In this document: positions 8,602-17,737 of the stretch, piece by piece
Numbering within the stretch: the first letter of the stretch is position 1
How the letters are laid out: each line of letters opens with the position of its first letter
NCBI GenBank assembly: GCA_030637655.1
Contig: DAOWGI010000069.1
Coordinates: 1-18,303 of the forward strand
DNA: 18,303 bases
Direction: 5' to 3'
Source: a candidate division FCPU426 bacterium
GTDB lineage: Bacteria > Oederibacteriota > JAAXVQ01 > JAUVAV01
Translations under genes and position numbers: made by a program
Notes under the pieces: generated by a model
Seen by the model: only the letters and a program-made list of their open reading frames with translations
What the model was told of the DNA's origin: nothing
Databases searched by the model: none

Positions 8602-9099
8602 ATGGTTGAAATTAATTTGGCGCTTTTAGTAACGCAGGTTGTGACGTTCTTGATTGCCATGGTAATTGTCTGGAAATTTTTCTGGGGTCCTTTGACTAAG
8701 ATGATGCAGGACCGGACCAAGAAAATTTCCAGTGATATTGAACGGGCTGAAGATGGCCGGCGTGTGGTAGAGTCCCTGGAAGCGGAGTACCATTGGAGCT
8801 TGTCCGAAATCGAGGAGCAGGCACGCAAAGAAATTAACGAGGCCATCCGGAAGGGCAATCATGCCAAAGAAGAGATTCTGCAAGATGCCCGGAAAGAAGC
8901 GCAGCGGGAGCTGGAAAAAGCCCGGGCTGATCTGACACTGGAACGCGCACAAGTGATTAACGGGCTGCGCCAACAGGTTTCGGAAATTTCCCTGGCTGCC
9001 TTGGAAAAGGTATTGGGCCAGGGGGTGGGCCGGCAAATACAGAAAAATTTATTGGACGAATTTATCACGGAAGTGGAACAGGTAGAGAAAGTAAAATGA
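8602..9099 (+). CDS. atpF: F0 subunit b (165 aa)
   Basis: ATG 8602 after AAGGA; N-terminal TM, KFFWGPL..MMQDRTKKI, charged coiled coil. Confidence 0.95.
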   Translation: MVEINLALLVTQVVTFLIAMVIVWKFFWGPLTKMMQDRTKKISSDIERAEDGRRVVESLEAEYHWSLSEIEEQARKEINEAIRKGNHAKEEILQDARKEAQRELEKARADLTLERAQVINGLRQQVSEISLAALEKVLGQGVGRQIQKNLLDEFITEVEQVEKVK

Positions 9100-9638
9100 A
9101 CACCGGCCATGTGATTGCCGCCAAATATGCCAAAGCCCTGTTTGCCTTGGCTCAGGAAAAGAAGCTGGCAGAACAAGTCCGGCGGGACCTGATTTTGGCA
9201 GCTGGATATTTTGCCCAAGGTGATGGTCGGGAGTTGCTGGCGAATCCTACGCTCTCCGCAGAAAAGAAGCTGTGGATTATCAAAGAAATTTTGGGTGAGC
9301 AAGTATCAGCCATGATGTACTCTTTTCTGAAATTGCTTATGGAAAAAAGCCGGGGCACCCTGCTGGGCGAGATTCTCAAAGTCTATGAGAGTGAATGGCT
9401 GGCTGAGCAAAATCGGAAACCGGCTCGTGTGACCACTGCTATACCGTTGTCTGCCAAACAGATGCAGCGTTTACAAAAAAGGCTTAGCCAATTGTATGGA
9501 AAAGAGATTTCATTGGAACAGATCGTCAAACCGGAATTACAGGCTGGGGCGCGAATCGAGATCGGAGATATGGTCTTGGACGGGACCTTGCAAGCACGCC
9601 TGGATCGTTTGCGCCAGGCAATTCGTTCGGACAACTAA
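9096..9638 (+). CDS. atpH: F1 subunit delta
   Basis: IAAKYAKALF, VTTAIPL, PELQAGARIEIGDMVLDGT; ATGA overlap with atpF. Confidence 0.95.
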   Translation: MNTGHVIAAKYAKALFALAQEKKLAEQVRRDLILAAGYFAQGDGRELLANPTLSAEKKLWIIKEILGEQVSAMMYSFLKLLMEKSRGTLLGEILKVYESEWLAEQNRKPARVTTAIPLSAKQMQRLQKRLSQLYGKEISLEQIVKPELQAGARIEIGDMVLDGTLQARLDRLRQAIRSDN

Positions 9639-9668
9639 GTCTGTAAGGATTCGGAAGGAAAGGCTGAC

Positions 9669-11180
9669 ATGAAAATTTTACCCGAAGAAGTAACTGAGGT
9701 CATTAAACGACAACTGGAAGGGTTTTCCAATCAGGCCGAACTTGAGGAAGTGGGGACGGTTTTGCAAGTCGGAGATGGTATTGCCCGGATCTGGGGCTTG
9801 ACCGGAGCTATGTCCATGGAGCTGCTGGAATTTCCACACCAGGTATTTGGTATGGTACTCAATTTAGAGCGGGACAATGTGGGCTGCGTCTTGTTGGGTG
9901 ACTATACACTGATTAAAGAGGGCGATAAAGTAAAAAGGACCCGTCGTATTATGGAAGTGCCCGTAGGGCAACAATTGTTGGGTCGCGTGGTTAATGCTTT
10001 GGGGCAGCCGGTGGACGGCCGGGGTGAATTGGCAGCCGGGTATGTAACTCGTCCGGTAGAAAGACGAGCGCATGGTGTGGTTGAGCGCCAGCCGGTCAAA
10101 GAACCCTTGCAAACCGGAATAAAAGCGATTGATGCCATGGTTCCCATTGGACGTGGACAACGCGAGCTGATTATCGGTGATCGCCAGACCGGCAAGACGG
10201 CTGTGGCGGTGGACACGATCATCAACCAGAAAGACACTGATGTCCTCTGTGTTTATGTCGCGATTGGCCAAAAACAATCCACAGTCGCCCAAGTTGTCAA
10301 GACTTTGGAAAATCAGGGTGTGATGGACAAGACTATTGTGGTTACTGCCGGAGCCAGCGAACCGGCACCTATGTTGTATTTGGCACCGTATGCCGGATGC
10401 GCTATGGCTGAAGCGTTTATGATGAAGGGACGGCATGCGCTGATTATTTATGATGATCTTTCCAAACACGCGATAGCCTATCGCCAGATGTCGTTGCTGC
10501 TGCGGCGGCCACCCGGGCGTGAAGCATATCCGGGTGATGTTTTTTATCTGCACTCCCGCCTCTTGGAGCGCGCATCCAAATTGAATAGCAAATTGGGAGG
10601 TGGTTCCCTAACTGCCTTACCGGTTATCGAGACCCAGGCGGGTGATATTTCCGCTTACATTCCGACCAATGTCATTTCCATTACCGATGGACAAATTTTC
10701 TTAGAAAGTGGTCTATTCCATTCCGGTCAACGGCCGGCAGTTAATGTTGGACTTTCGGTCTCTCGTGTGGGTGGTAGTGCCCAGATCAAAGCCATGAAGC
10801 AGCTGGCCGGCCGGCTGAGATTGGACATGTCGCAGTACCGGGAATTGGCAGCTTTTGCGCAATTCGGTTCAGACTTGGACAAGGCCACGCAAGCTCAGTT
10901 GGCCCGGGGTGAGCGGATGATGCAAGTGCTCCGCCAGCCGCAATACGTACCCATGCCGGTGGAAGAGCAGGTAGTGATTCTCATGGCAGGCAGCACCGGC
11001 GCTTTGGACGATATTGAGACAGCCAACATCTCCCGTTTTGAAAGGGAATTGCTCGTGTTTATTAAACAGGCGCATGCCGCACTGTTGGAAAAAATCAAAG
11101 AAAAAGGTACGCTTGAAGCCAAACTGCAAGAGCAGCTGCAGGAAGCCATTAAAGAATTCAAGCGTAGTTTCAAAAATTAA
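9669..11180 (+). CDS. atpA: F1 subunit alpha
   Basis: [55 protein letters not shown]. Confidence 0.99.
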   Translation: MKILPEEVTEVIKRQLEGFSNQAELEEVGTVLQVGDGIARIWGLTGAMSMELLEFPHQVFGMVLNLERDNVGCVLLGDYTLIKEGDKVKRTRRIMEVPVGQQLLGRVVNALGQPVDGRGELAAGYVTRPVERRAHGVVERQPVKEPLQTGIKAIDAMVPIGRGQRELIIGDRQTGKTAVAVDTIINQKDTDVLCVYVAIGQKQSTVAQVVKTLENQGVMDKTIVVTAGASEPAPMLYLAPYAGCAMAEAFMMKGRHALIIYDDLSKHAIAYRQMSLLLRRPPGREAYPGDVFYLHSRLLERASKLNSKLGGGSLTALPVIETQAGDISAYIPTNVISITDGQIFLESGLFHSGQRPAVNVGLSVSRVGGSAQIKAMKQLAGRLRLDMSQYRELAAFAQFGSDLDKATQAQLARGERMMQVLRQPQYVPMPVEEQVVILMAGSTGALDDIETANISRFERELLVFIKQAHAALLEKIKEKGTLEAKLQEQLQEAIKEFKRSFKN

Positions 11181-11194
11181 GGAGACCTTCTTTC

Positions 11195-12064
11195 GTGTCA
11201 AGCATACGTCAAGTACGCGAACGTATCAAAAGCGTAAAAAATATTCAGCAGATTACCCGCGCCATGAAAATGGTGGCAACGGCACGACTGCGTAATGCTC
11301 AGACCCAATTGATGGAAACGCGGCCCTATGCCAACAAACTGAATGATGTGATACGTGATGTGGCGGCACATTCTCAAGGCGAAGAGCATCCCTTGTTGCG
11401 TAAGAATGATGCTCCCAAAACCGGATTGTTGGTAATGACCTCGGACAAGGGCCTCTGTGCCGGATTCAATATACAACTTTTGCAGCGGATGGGTACCCGT
11501 TTGCTGGATACGGCCGCACGGCGCGACACTGAAGTGATCGCTTTAGGGCGGAAAGGATTGGATTTTTTCCGGCGCGCAGGTATCAAACCCTATCGGGAAT
11601 GGGCCGGCTTCTGGCAGGAATTGACCTGGTGTCACGCAGATCTGATTGGGCAGGAATTAATTGATGCGTATTCTTCAGGTCGTTGGTCTCAAGTGACCTT
11701 GGTGTACAATCATTTTAAATCCGCTATTGCGCAAGAAGTGGTGGAACGAGTATTGCTGCCGATTCCAAAGATGACAACAGACCATTCGGCCGGGTCGCGC
11801 TTCCGGGAATTTGTGTTTGAACCTTCGGCGGAAAAAATATTCGCGTATTTATTGCCAAGATACGTCAAGGTCTCGCTCTGGCGCATGTTGTTGGAATCCA
11901 AAGCGTCGGAATTGGCAGCGCGCATGCAGGCCATGAACAATGCGACGGAAAGTGCCGGAGACATGATTTCGGAATTGATCCTGCAAATGAATCGTGCCCG
12001 CCAGGCCATGATTACCCGGGAGATATCCGAGTTGGTTGGGAGCGCAGAGGCGATTAATGCGTAA
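11195..12064 (+). CDS. atpG: F1 subunit gamma
   Basis: GTG start after AAGGAG; ITRAMKMVA, SDKGLCAGFN, SELAARMQAMNNAT, NRARQAMITREISE. Confidence 0.98.
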   Translation: MSSIRQVRERIKSVKNIQQITRAMKMVATARLRNAQTQLMETRPYANKLNDVIRDVAAHSQGEEHPLLRKNDAPKTGLLVMTSDKGLCAGFNIQLLQRMGTRLLDTAARRDTEVIALGRKGLDFFRRAGIKPYREWAGFWQELTWCHADLIGQELIDAYSSGRWSQVTLVYNHFKSAIAQEVVERVLLPIPKMTTDHSAGSRFREFVFEPSAEKIFAYLLPRYVKVSLWRMLLESKASELAARMQAMNNATESAGDMISELILQMNRARQAMITREISELVGSAEAINA

Positions 12065-12132
12065 GGTTTTAAAAAAAGTTTGCTGGTTATATAGTGTGGT
12101 TATAGTATTGTGTTTCTAAAATTCTATTAATA

Positions 12133-12165
12133 TGTCATTCCGGCATGATTTTAGCCGGAATGACA
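12133..12165. repeat. GTCATTCC-type (CGTC/TGTC-family REP-like) inverted repeat in the atpG-atpD gap
   Basis: TGTCATTCCGGC (12133-12144), 9-nt loop, GCCGGAATGACA (12154-12165): perfect 12-bp stem. Confidence 0.8.
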
Positions 12166-12222
12166 AGATATAAATTCAAAGTACTTATGAAATACAACAA
12201 TAGGTTGGAAGGGAAAGTATAG

Positions 12223-13653
<1,431 letters not shown>

Positions 13654-13679
13654 TAAATAACGTAAAACGTGAGGAAGCA

Positions 13680-14099
13680 ATGAGCAGGTCTATTCAATTG
13701 GAATTGGTGACGCCGCAAAAGCACATGTTCACAGACTCTGTGGATGAACTGGTCTGTCCTGGGACAGAAGGCAGTTTTGGTGTTTTGCCCGGGCATGTGC
13801 CCATGGTATTTTCACTCAAACCCGGTATGTTGAAAATCCGGAGAGGTGAAGAAGAGACGATCTATGCCATAGGCGGGGGCTATGCGGAAATAAGTCCTGA
13901 AAAAACCATTATTCTGGCGGATACTGCGGAGTTGGCCGATGATATAGATATAGAAGCAGCGCGGCGGGAAAAAGAGAGGGCTTTGGCCCAAATGAAAAAA
14001 GGGGTGCATGGCCCGGACATGGATGCTGCGGAAATCTCTATAAAAAAGGCTCTGGTCCGCCTCTCAGTAGCAGATGCAGTGCGCCGCAAAAAAAACTAG
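13680..14099 (+). CDS. atpC: F1 subunit epsilon
   Basis: LELVTP, PGTEGSFGVLPGHVP, GGGYAEI, ILADTAE, C-terminal helical hairpin; GAGG RBS. Confidence 0.97.
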   Translation: MSRSIQLELVTPQKHMFTDSVDELVCPGTEGSFGVLPGHVPMVFSLKPGMLKIRRGEEETIYAIGGGYAEISPEKTIILADTAELADDIDIEAARREKERALAQMKKGVHGPDMDAAEISIKKALVRLSVADAVRRKKN

Positions 14100-14100
14100 A

Positions 14101-14126
14101 GTTTGTAATTTCAGTTTGTAATTTCA
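14101..14126. repeat. 13-bp direct tandem duplication
   Basis: GTTTGTAATTTCA x2 immediately after the atpC stop. Confidence 0.85.
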
Positions 14127-14196
14127 GCTTGCTAGGTCTGAGTTTTTATGATACCAATATTAAGTAGTGGGAAATGAAAGCCCAGGGGGTTTCAAA

Positions 14197-15171
14197 ATGA
14201 AAAAGCTATTTATGTCCGTATGCGCAGCAGCCGTAATTGGACTCGTTGCGACAGCTACCTTTGCAGATCAGACCAACTTTGATATTGGAAAAGTTGGTGG
14301 TTCTGAATTAAAAATAGGCTTAGGACCTCGTCCGGTAGCCATGGGTGAAGCCTTTGTGGCCAAAGCCGATGATGCCAATGCAACGTATTGGAATCCGGCC
14401 GGCTTGGGGCAAATCCAGGGATACCATGCCAGTTTCATGCACAATATTTATTTGGAAGACACCTCACTGGAATATCTGGCATATGCTCAGAACCTTTTTG
14501 AGGGCGCAGGTATTGGCGCTAATCTGATGATCTTGAATTTCGGCAGTATGGACAAAGTGGATATTGATTCCAGTGGTTTACCGGTAATTGTCAGCGAATT
14601 CACCCCCATGGTATTCTCATTTGCGGTTGGGTATGGCCAGTTTGTGATGCCCTTTCTCTCAGTGGGTGGATCCGTGAAATTTATCAGCCAGAACATTGAT
14701 ACTGAATCCTACTCTGCCGTAGCGCTGGACATTGGCGCTATCTTCCAGTTGAAAGCCAAGGGAGACAATGCTTTCCAAGCAGGTTTAGCAATCCAGAATC
14801 TGGGTTCTTCCTTGGGAGAGGCCTCGTTGCCCATGAATGCCAAAGCCGGTCTGGCCTATTCCGTTCCTTTCAAAATTACTGAGAAAGATACTTGGAACAT
14901 TCTTCTGGACATCAACTTGCCGTTTGGCGATGTGAATTATACTTCTGCCAACATTGGGACTGAGTATTGCTACAATGATCTGATTGCAGTCCGCGGGGGT
15001 TACAAGATTAAAGATACCGGTGATTTGAGTGGTATGGCCGGATTAACCGCTGGATTAGGTGTCAAGGTTCCGGTAGGCCAGAGCATTGCGATGCATATTG
15101 ATTACGCACTGCTTTCTTTTGGTGATCTGGGCCTGACCCATCAGATCGCATTGACCGCGGTTTTTAAATAA
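14197..15171 (+). CDS. PorV/PorQ family (UPF0164-like) outer-membrane beta-barrel protein (324 aa)
   Basis: ATG 14197 after AGGGGG; signal peptide MKKLF...ATATFA; LKIGLGPRPVAMGEAFVAKADDANATYWNPAGL; IDYALLSFGDLGLTHQIAL near the C-terminus. Confidence 0.85.
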   Translation: MKKLFMSVCAAAVIGLVATATFADQTNFDIGKVGGSELKIGLGPRPVAMGEAFVAKADDANATYWNPAGLGQIQGYHASFMHNIYLEDTSLEYLAYAQNLFEGAGIGANLMILNFGSMDKVDIDSSGLPVIVSEFTPMVFSFAVGYGQFVMPFLSVGGSVKFISQNIDTESYSAVALDIGAIFQLKAKGDNAFQAGLAIQNLGSSLGEASLPMNAKAGLAYSVPFKITEKDTWNILLDINLPFGDVNYTSANIGTEYCYNDLIAVRGGYKIKDTGDLSGMAGLTAGLGVKVPVGQSIAMHIDYALLSFGDLGLTHQIALTAVFK

Positions 15172-15187
15172 TTTCTTCGTAAAAACC

Positions 15188-15222
15188 AAAAGCCCTCAGA
15201 GGAAACTCTGAGGGCTTTTTTT
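15188..15222 (+). terminator. Rho-independent terminator
   Basis: GCCCTCAGAG-GAAA-CTCTGAGGGC 10-bp stem followed by T7 and preceded by an A-tract. Confidence 0.92.
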
Positions 15223-15344
15223 GTGTACGGCCTTCCGGTCCTCGCGTTGAAAAATATTTCATTTTTTTCATTTTTTTTGAAAGGATTTTGATTTTAGCCT
15301 GTCATAATAAATATCCAATAAATACAGGATACAGGAGACGTAGC

Positions 15345-15401
15345 ATGGGCGCATTGTCGAAGATGCCCGTAAGGGTAAATGCGCCTATGCAATCAAAATG
15401 A
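15345..15401 (+). CDS. Putative 18-aa leader ORF MGALSKMPVRVNAPMQSK
   Basis: AGGAG at 15333-15337, 7-nt spacer, ATG 15345; its TGA (15399-15401) overlaps the ATG (15398) of the large ORF, which has no evident SD of its own. Confidence 0.4.
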   Translation: MGALSKMPVRVNAPMQSK

Positions 15402-17737
15402 GAGCATTCAGCCGGCGCGTAAATCGCTTCATATCCATTATTCTTTCCATATTCTTGATTTTTCCCGTGCAATTCGTTCCAACTGTAGGGGCACGGCGCG
15501 CCGTGCCCCTACGCCAGGATAATGCATCCCATTCCAAGACCCAATTCCGCCAATTAGTCATCTATGTGCCGGATATATTTGATTCTGCCAGACAGGTGGA
15601 AAAAGCCCTGGCTCAACTCCGCGCCAAAGGTATTCCGAAAAAAGATATTATCAATTTGGCTCAACATGCTGGATTTGATGTCCAACAAGGGCTCAAGACG
15701 CAGGCCAAACAATTGGCCGGGATAGTGGATATGGAATCAGCCAAACGTCAGGGTTTGAAAGCCTATCTGGTGGCCAAAGGCACCGGCGGTTTAGTAGCCC
15801 GTTCGTATCTAGGGACAGCGAAGAAATTGCGTCCTCACGGCGCGCCAATTGAGAATGTAGTGGCTTTGGGTGTTCCGCATCAGGGCCGGCAGTGGGCCAA
15901 GATAGCCTATGCCATAGCATGGCCTCTGCCCAAAGTCAACAGCCGCTCATTGGCTGTTCGCGATTTGGCGCCGGATTCACCCTTTATGCGCGAGCTCAAT
16001 CAGCATAAGGATAAGCGCAAACACTTGTTGGAAGGCGCCCAGGCTGTCTTAAAAAAGATTGATGATTTCACCTTCAAAAAAGAGCTGAAGACCAAGCTGG
16101 CTGCCATAGATCGCGCGAAAATCGAGGTGCGGGATGAAGTGGAACGCATCCTGCATTTCCCGGAGCGCGTACAATTGAGCGATAGGGATAAATCGCGTAT
16201 ACGCGAGATGAAAACCACAGGCCAACAAATTAATGAAATTATAACCGTAGGGGCCGATCCATGTGTAGGGGCACGATGCGCCGTGCCCCTACAAAAATCT
16301 TTGGCCAAAATCACCACGCTGGCCGCAACCGTAAACAAGAGCAACCATAAGTTGCAGAAGCAGTTACAGCAAAACCTGGGGTCTTCGCAGTTATATAAAA
16401 TAAAGGTTGCTTCTTCAGCCGGCTTGACAGATCCCAAAACCAATATGCAAAAATATTTGGCGAAAATAAGTTTGGCTGTGAGCAATCAGGTGCAAGGTCC
16501 GAAAATAAATAAGCAGCTGGATGCAATTGCTGAGTATGCCAAACAAGTTCAGCCGGATTTGGAAAAAGAGTGGCAGGAATTCACACAAAAAGCCGTAACC
16601 AAGCAATCGGAATTAAAGCGCACGCAGGAAAAGTTCGTCAGCACAGTCTTCTTGCGGGCCGCTTGGGACGCGATGGAGCAAAAAAGAAAAGACTGGCTGG
16701 ATACTGCCAAGCAGTACGCGGATAATAAAGCCCAAGCCAGGCTGGAAATACAGTTGGAATCCTACCAGCTGCAATTGCGGGATCAAGTGAAACAAATGGA
16801 TGTAAAAGTAAGAGACAAACAAGCAGAACTTTTGCAAAAAATGGATTCTGTCACAGAGAAATTAAGCGCGCAGGCAGATATTTTGTTTGCCAATAATCAC
16901 ATAGGTGATGTGAAGCAAAAGGTAAAAGAGCAGTTTGGGGAATATAAAAAGGCCAAGCAGATTTTTTTGTCACAAGCCGAAAAAACCAAACGCGAAGTCT
17001 CAAACAAAATATTCCGCAACGAATATTTTGTGTACTTAAAGCAAGCAGACCGCATGGACCAAGTGATCATGGAGGCTGTGGACAAAAAAACGCAGCATTT
17101 TCAATACGCGCTCCTGGGTTTGGAAAAGGGTCAGGCACGCAAAGAGATGGAGATGTTCGCGCGAAGTTCGCGTAAACGTCTGAGCCGGGAAACCGAAAAA
17201 TTAAAAAAACAAATCGTAGGGGCGGGTTCCAAACCCGCCCGCCAAACTGGTTCTCCCGCCCGCCAAACAACCGTAGAGGCGGGGTTTACCCCCGCCCTAA
17301 AAAAAACCTCAAGACAGGTAGGGGCAGGGCTTGCTCCTGCCCTTAAAGACCAGGCGCAAGAATTAGAATTATTAAAAACCAAATATCACGACATGGACCA
17401 AGCAGCCAAGCAAAGCATTGCGAAAGTAAAACAGGGTATTGATAATTGGGAAGCACTGCAAGATGTCCATTATTTACATAAACAGGCTATAGCGCTAAAA
17501 ACTGCCTTGCCGCAGCAAAGTATTGTCTTGAAAAAGAGTCTGGCTGCCTGTGAGGCAATCCAGCACCTGGAAAAATACGGTGATATAGAAAAACAATTAA
17601 AAATGCACACGGGCGGGTTTCCCCAATCGCCAAACCGTAGGGGCGGGGTTTACCCCCGCCCTGTTTACCGTCTTTCTTCTCAACGCCGCCAATTAATAAA
17701 ACACATACAGAACCTGGCTGACCAGGGCGCGCAGTAA
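15398..17737 (+). CDS. Large putatively secreted protein: degenerate alpha/beta-hydrolase (PGAP1/lipase-like) domain plus long coiled coil, with in-frame REP-derived peptides; probably the 5' part of a longer interrupted gene
   Basis: Signal-like N-terminus MRAFSRRVNRFISIILSIFLIFP; YLVAKGTGGLVARSYL...IENVVALGVPHQG...AVRDLAPDSPFMRELN; Q/K/E/A-rich helical remainder. Confidence 0.7.
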   Translation: MRAFSRRVNRFISIILSIFLIFPVQFVPTVGARRAVPLRQDNASHSKTQFRQLVIYVPDIFDSARQVEKALAQLRAKGIPKKDIINLAQHAGFDVQQGLKTQAKQLAGIVDMESAKRQGLKAYLVAKGTGGLVARSYLGTAKKLRPHGAPIENVVALGVPHQGRQWAKIAYAIAWPLPKVNSRSLAVRDLAPDSPFMRELNQHKDKRKHLLEGAQAVLKKIDDFTFKKELKTKLAAIDRAKIEVRDEVERILHFPERVQLSDRDKSRIREMKTTGQQINEIITVGADPCVGARCAVPLQKSLAKITTLAATVNKSNHKLQKQLQQNLGSSQLYKIKVASSAGLTDPKTNMQKYLAKISLAVSNQVQGPKINKQLDAIAEYAKQVQPDLEKEWQEFTQKAVTKQSELKRTQEKFVSTVFLRAAWDAMEQKRKDWLDTAKQYADNKAQARLEIQLESYQLQLRDQVKQMDVKVRDKQAELLQKMDSVTEKLSAQADILFANNHIGDVKQKVKEQFGEYKKAKQIFLSQAEKTKREVSNKIFRNEYFVYLKQADRMDQVIMEAVDKKTQHFQYALLGLEKGQARKEMEMFARSSRKRLSRETEKLKKQIVGAGSKPARQTGSPARQTTVEAGFTPALKKTSRQVGAGLAPALKDQAQELELLKTKYHDMDQAAKQSIAKVKQGIDNWEALQDVHYLHKQAIALKTALPQQSIVLKKSLAACEAIQHLEKYGDIEKQLKMHTGGFPQSPNRRGGVYPRPVYRLSSQRRQLIKHIQNLADQGAQ
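15485..15512. repeat. Intragenic GTAG REP-like perfect 28-bp palindrome (encodes VGARRAVPL)
   Basis: GTAGGGGCACGGCG|CGCCGTGCCCCTAC. Confidence 0.9.
16247..16292. repeat. Intragenic half REP plus near-perfect 28-bp REP (encodes VGADPC-VGARCAVPL)
   Basis: GTAGGGGCCGATCCATGT (16247-16264) then GTAGGGGCACGATGCGCCGTGCCCCTAC (16265-16292), 2 differences from the 15485 copy. Confidence 0.88.
17216..17343 (+). repeat. Intragenic cluster of three GTAG REP-like hairpins
   Basis: GTAGGGGCGGGTTCCAAACCCGCCC (17216-17240), GTAGAGGCGGGGTTTACCCCCGCCCT (17273-17298), GTAGGGGCAGGGCTTGCTCCTGCCCT (17318-17343); also CCCGCCCGCCAAAC repeated at 17234 and 17255. Confidence 0.88.
17637..17662 (+). repeat. Intragenic GTAG REP-like hairpin (encodes RRGGVYPRP)
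   Basis: GTAGGGGCGGGGTTTACCCCCGCCCT, one difference from the 17273 copy; remnant GGGCGGGTTTCCCC at 17611-17624. Confidence 0.88.

Noticed and set aside
7953-10553. Long antisense ORFs (301, 136, 147, 229 aa) opposite atp genes
   Set aside because: Shadow frames of conserved genes with no recognisable motifs.
15343-15390. Known riboswitch such as c-di-GMP-I
   Set aside because: It has a GNRA hairpin, but I could not match the conserved core of any family I know; an Rfam search is needed.
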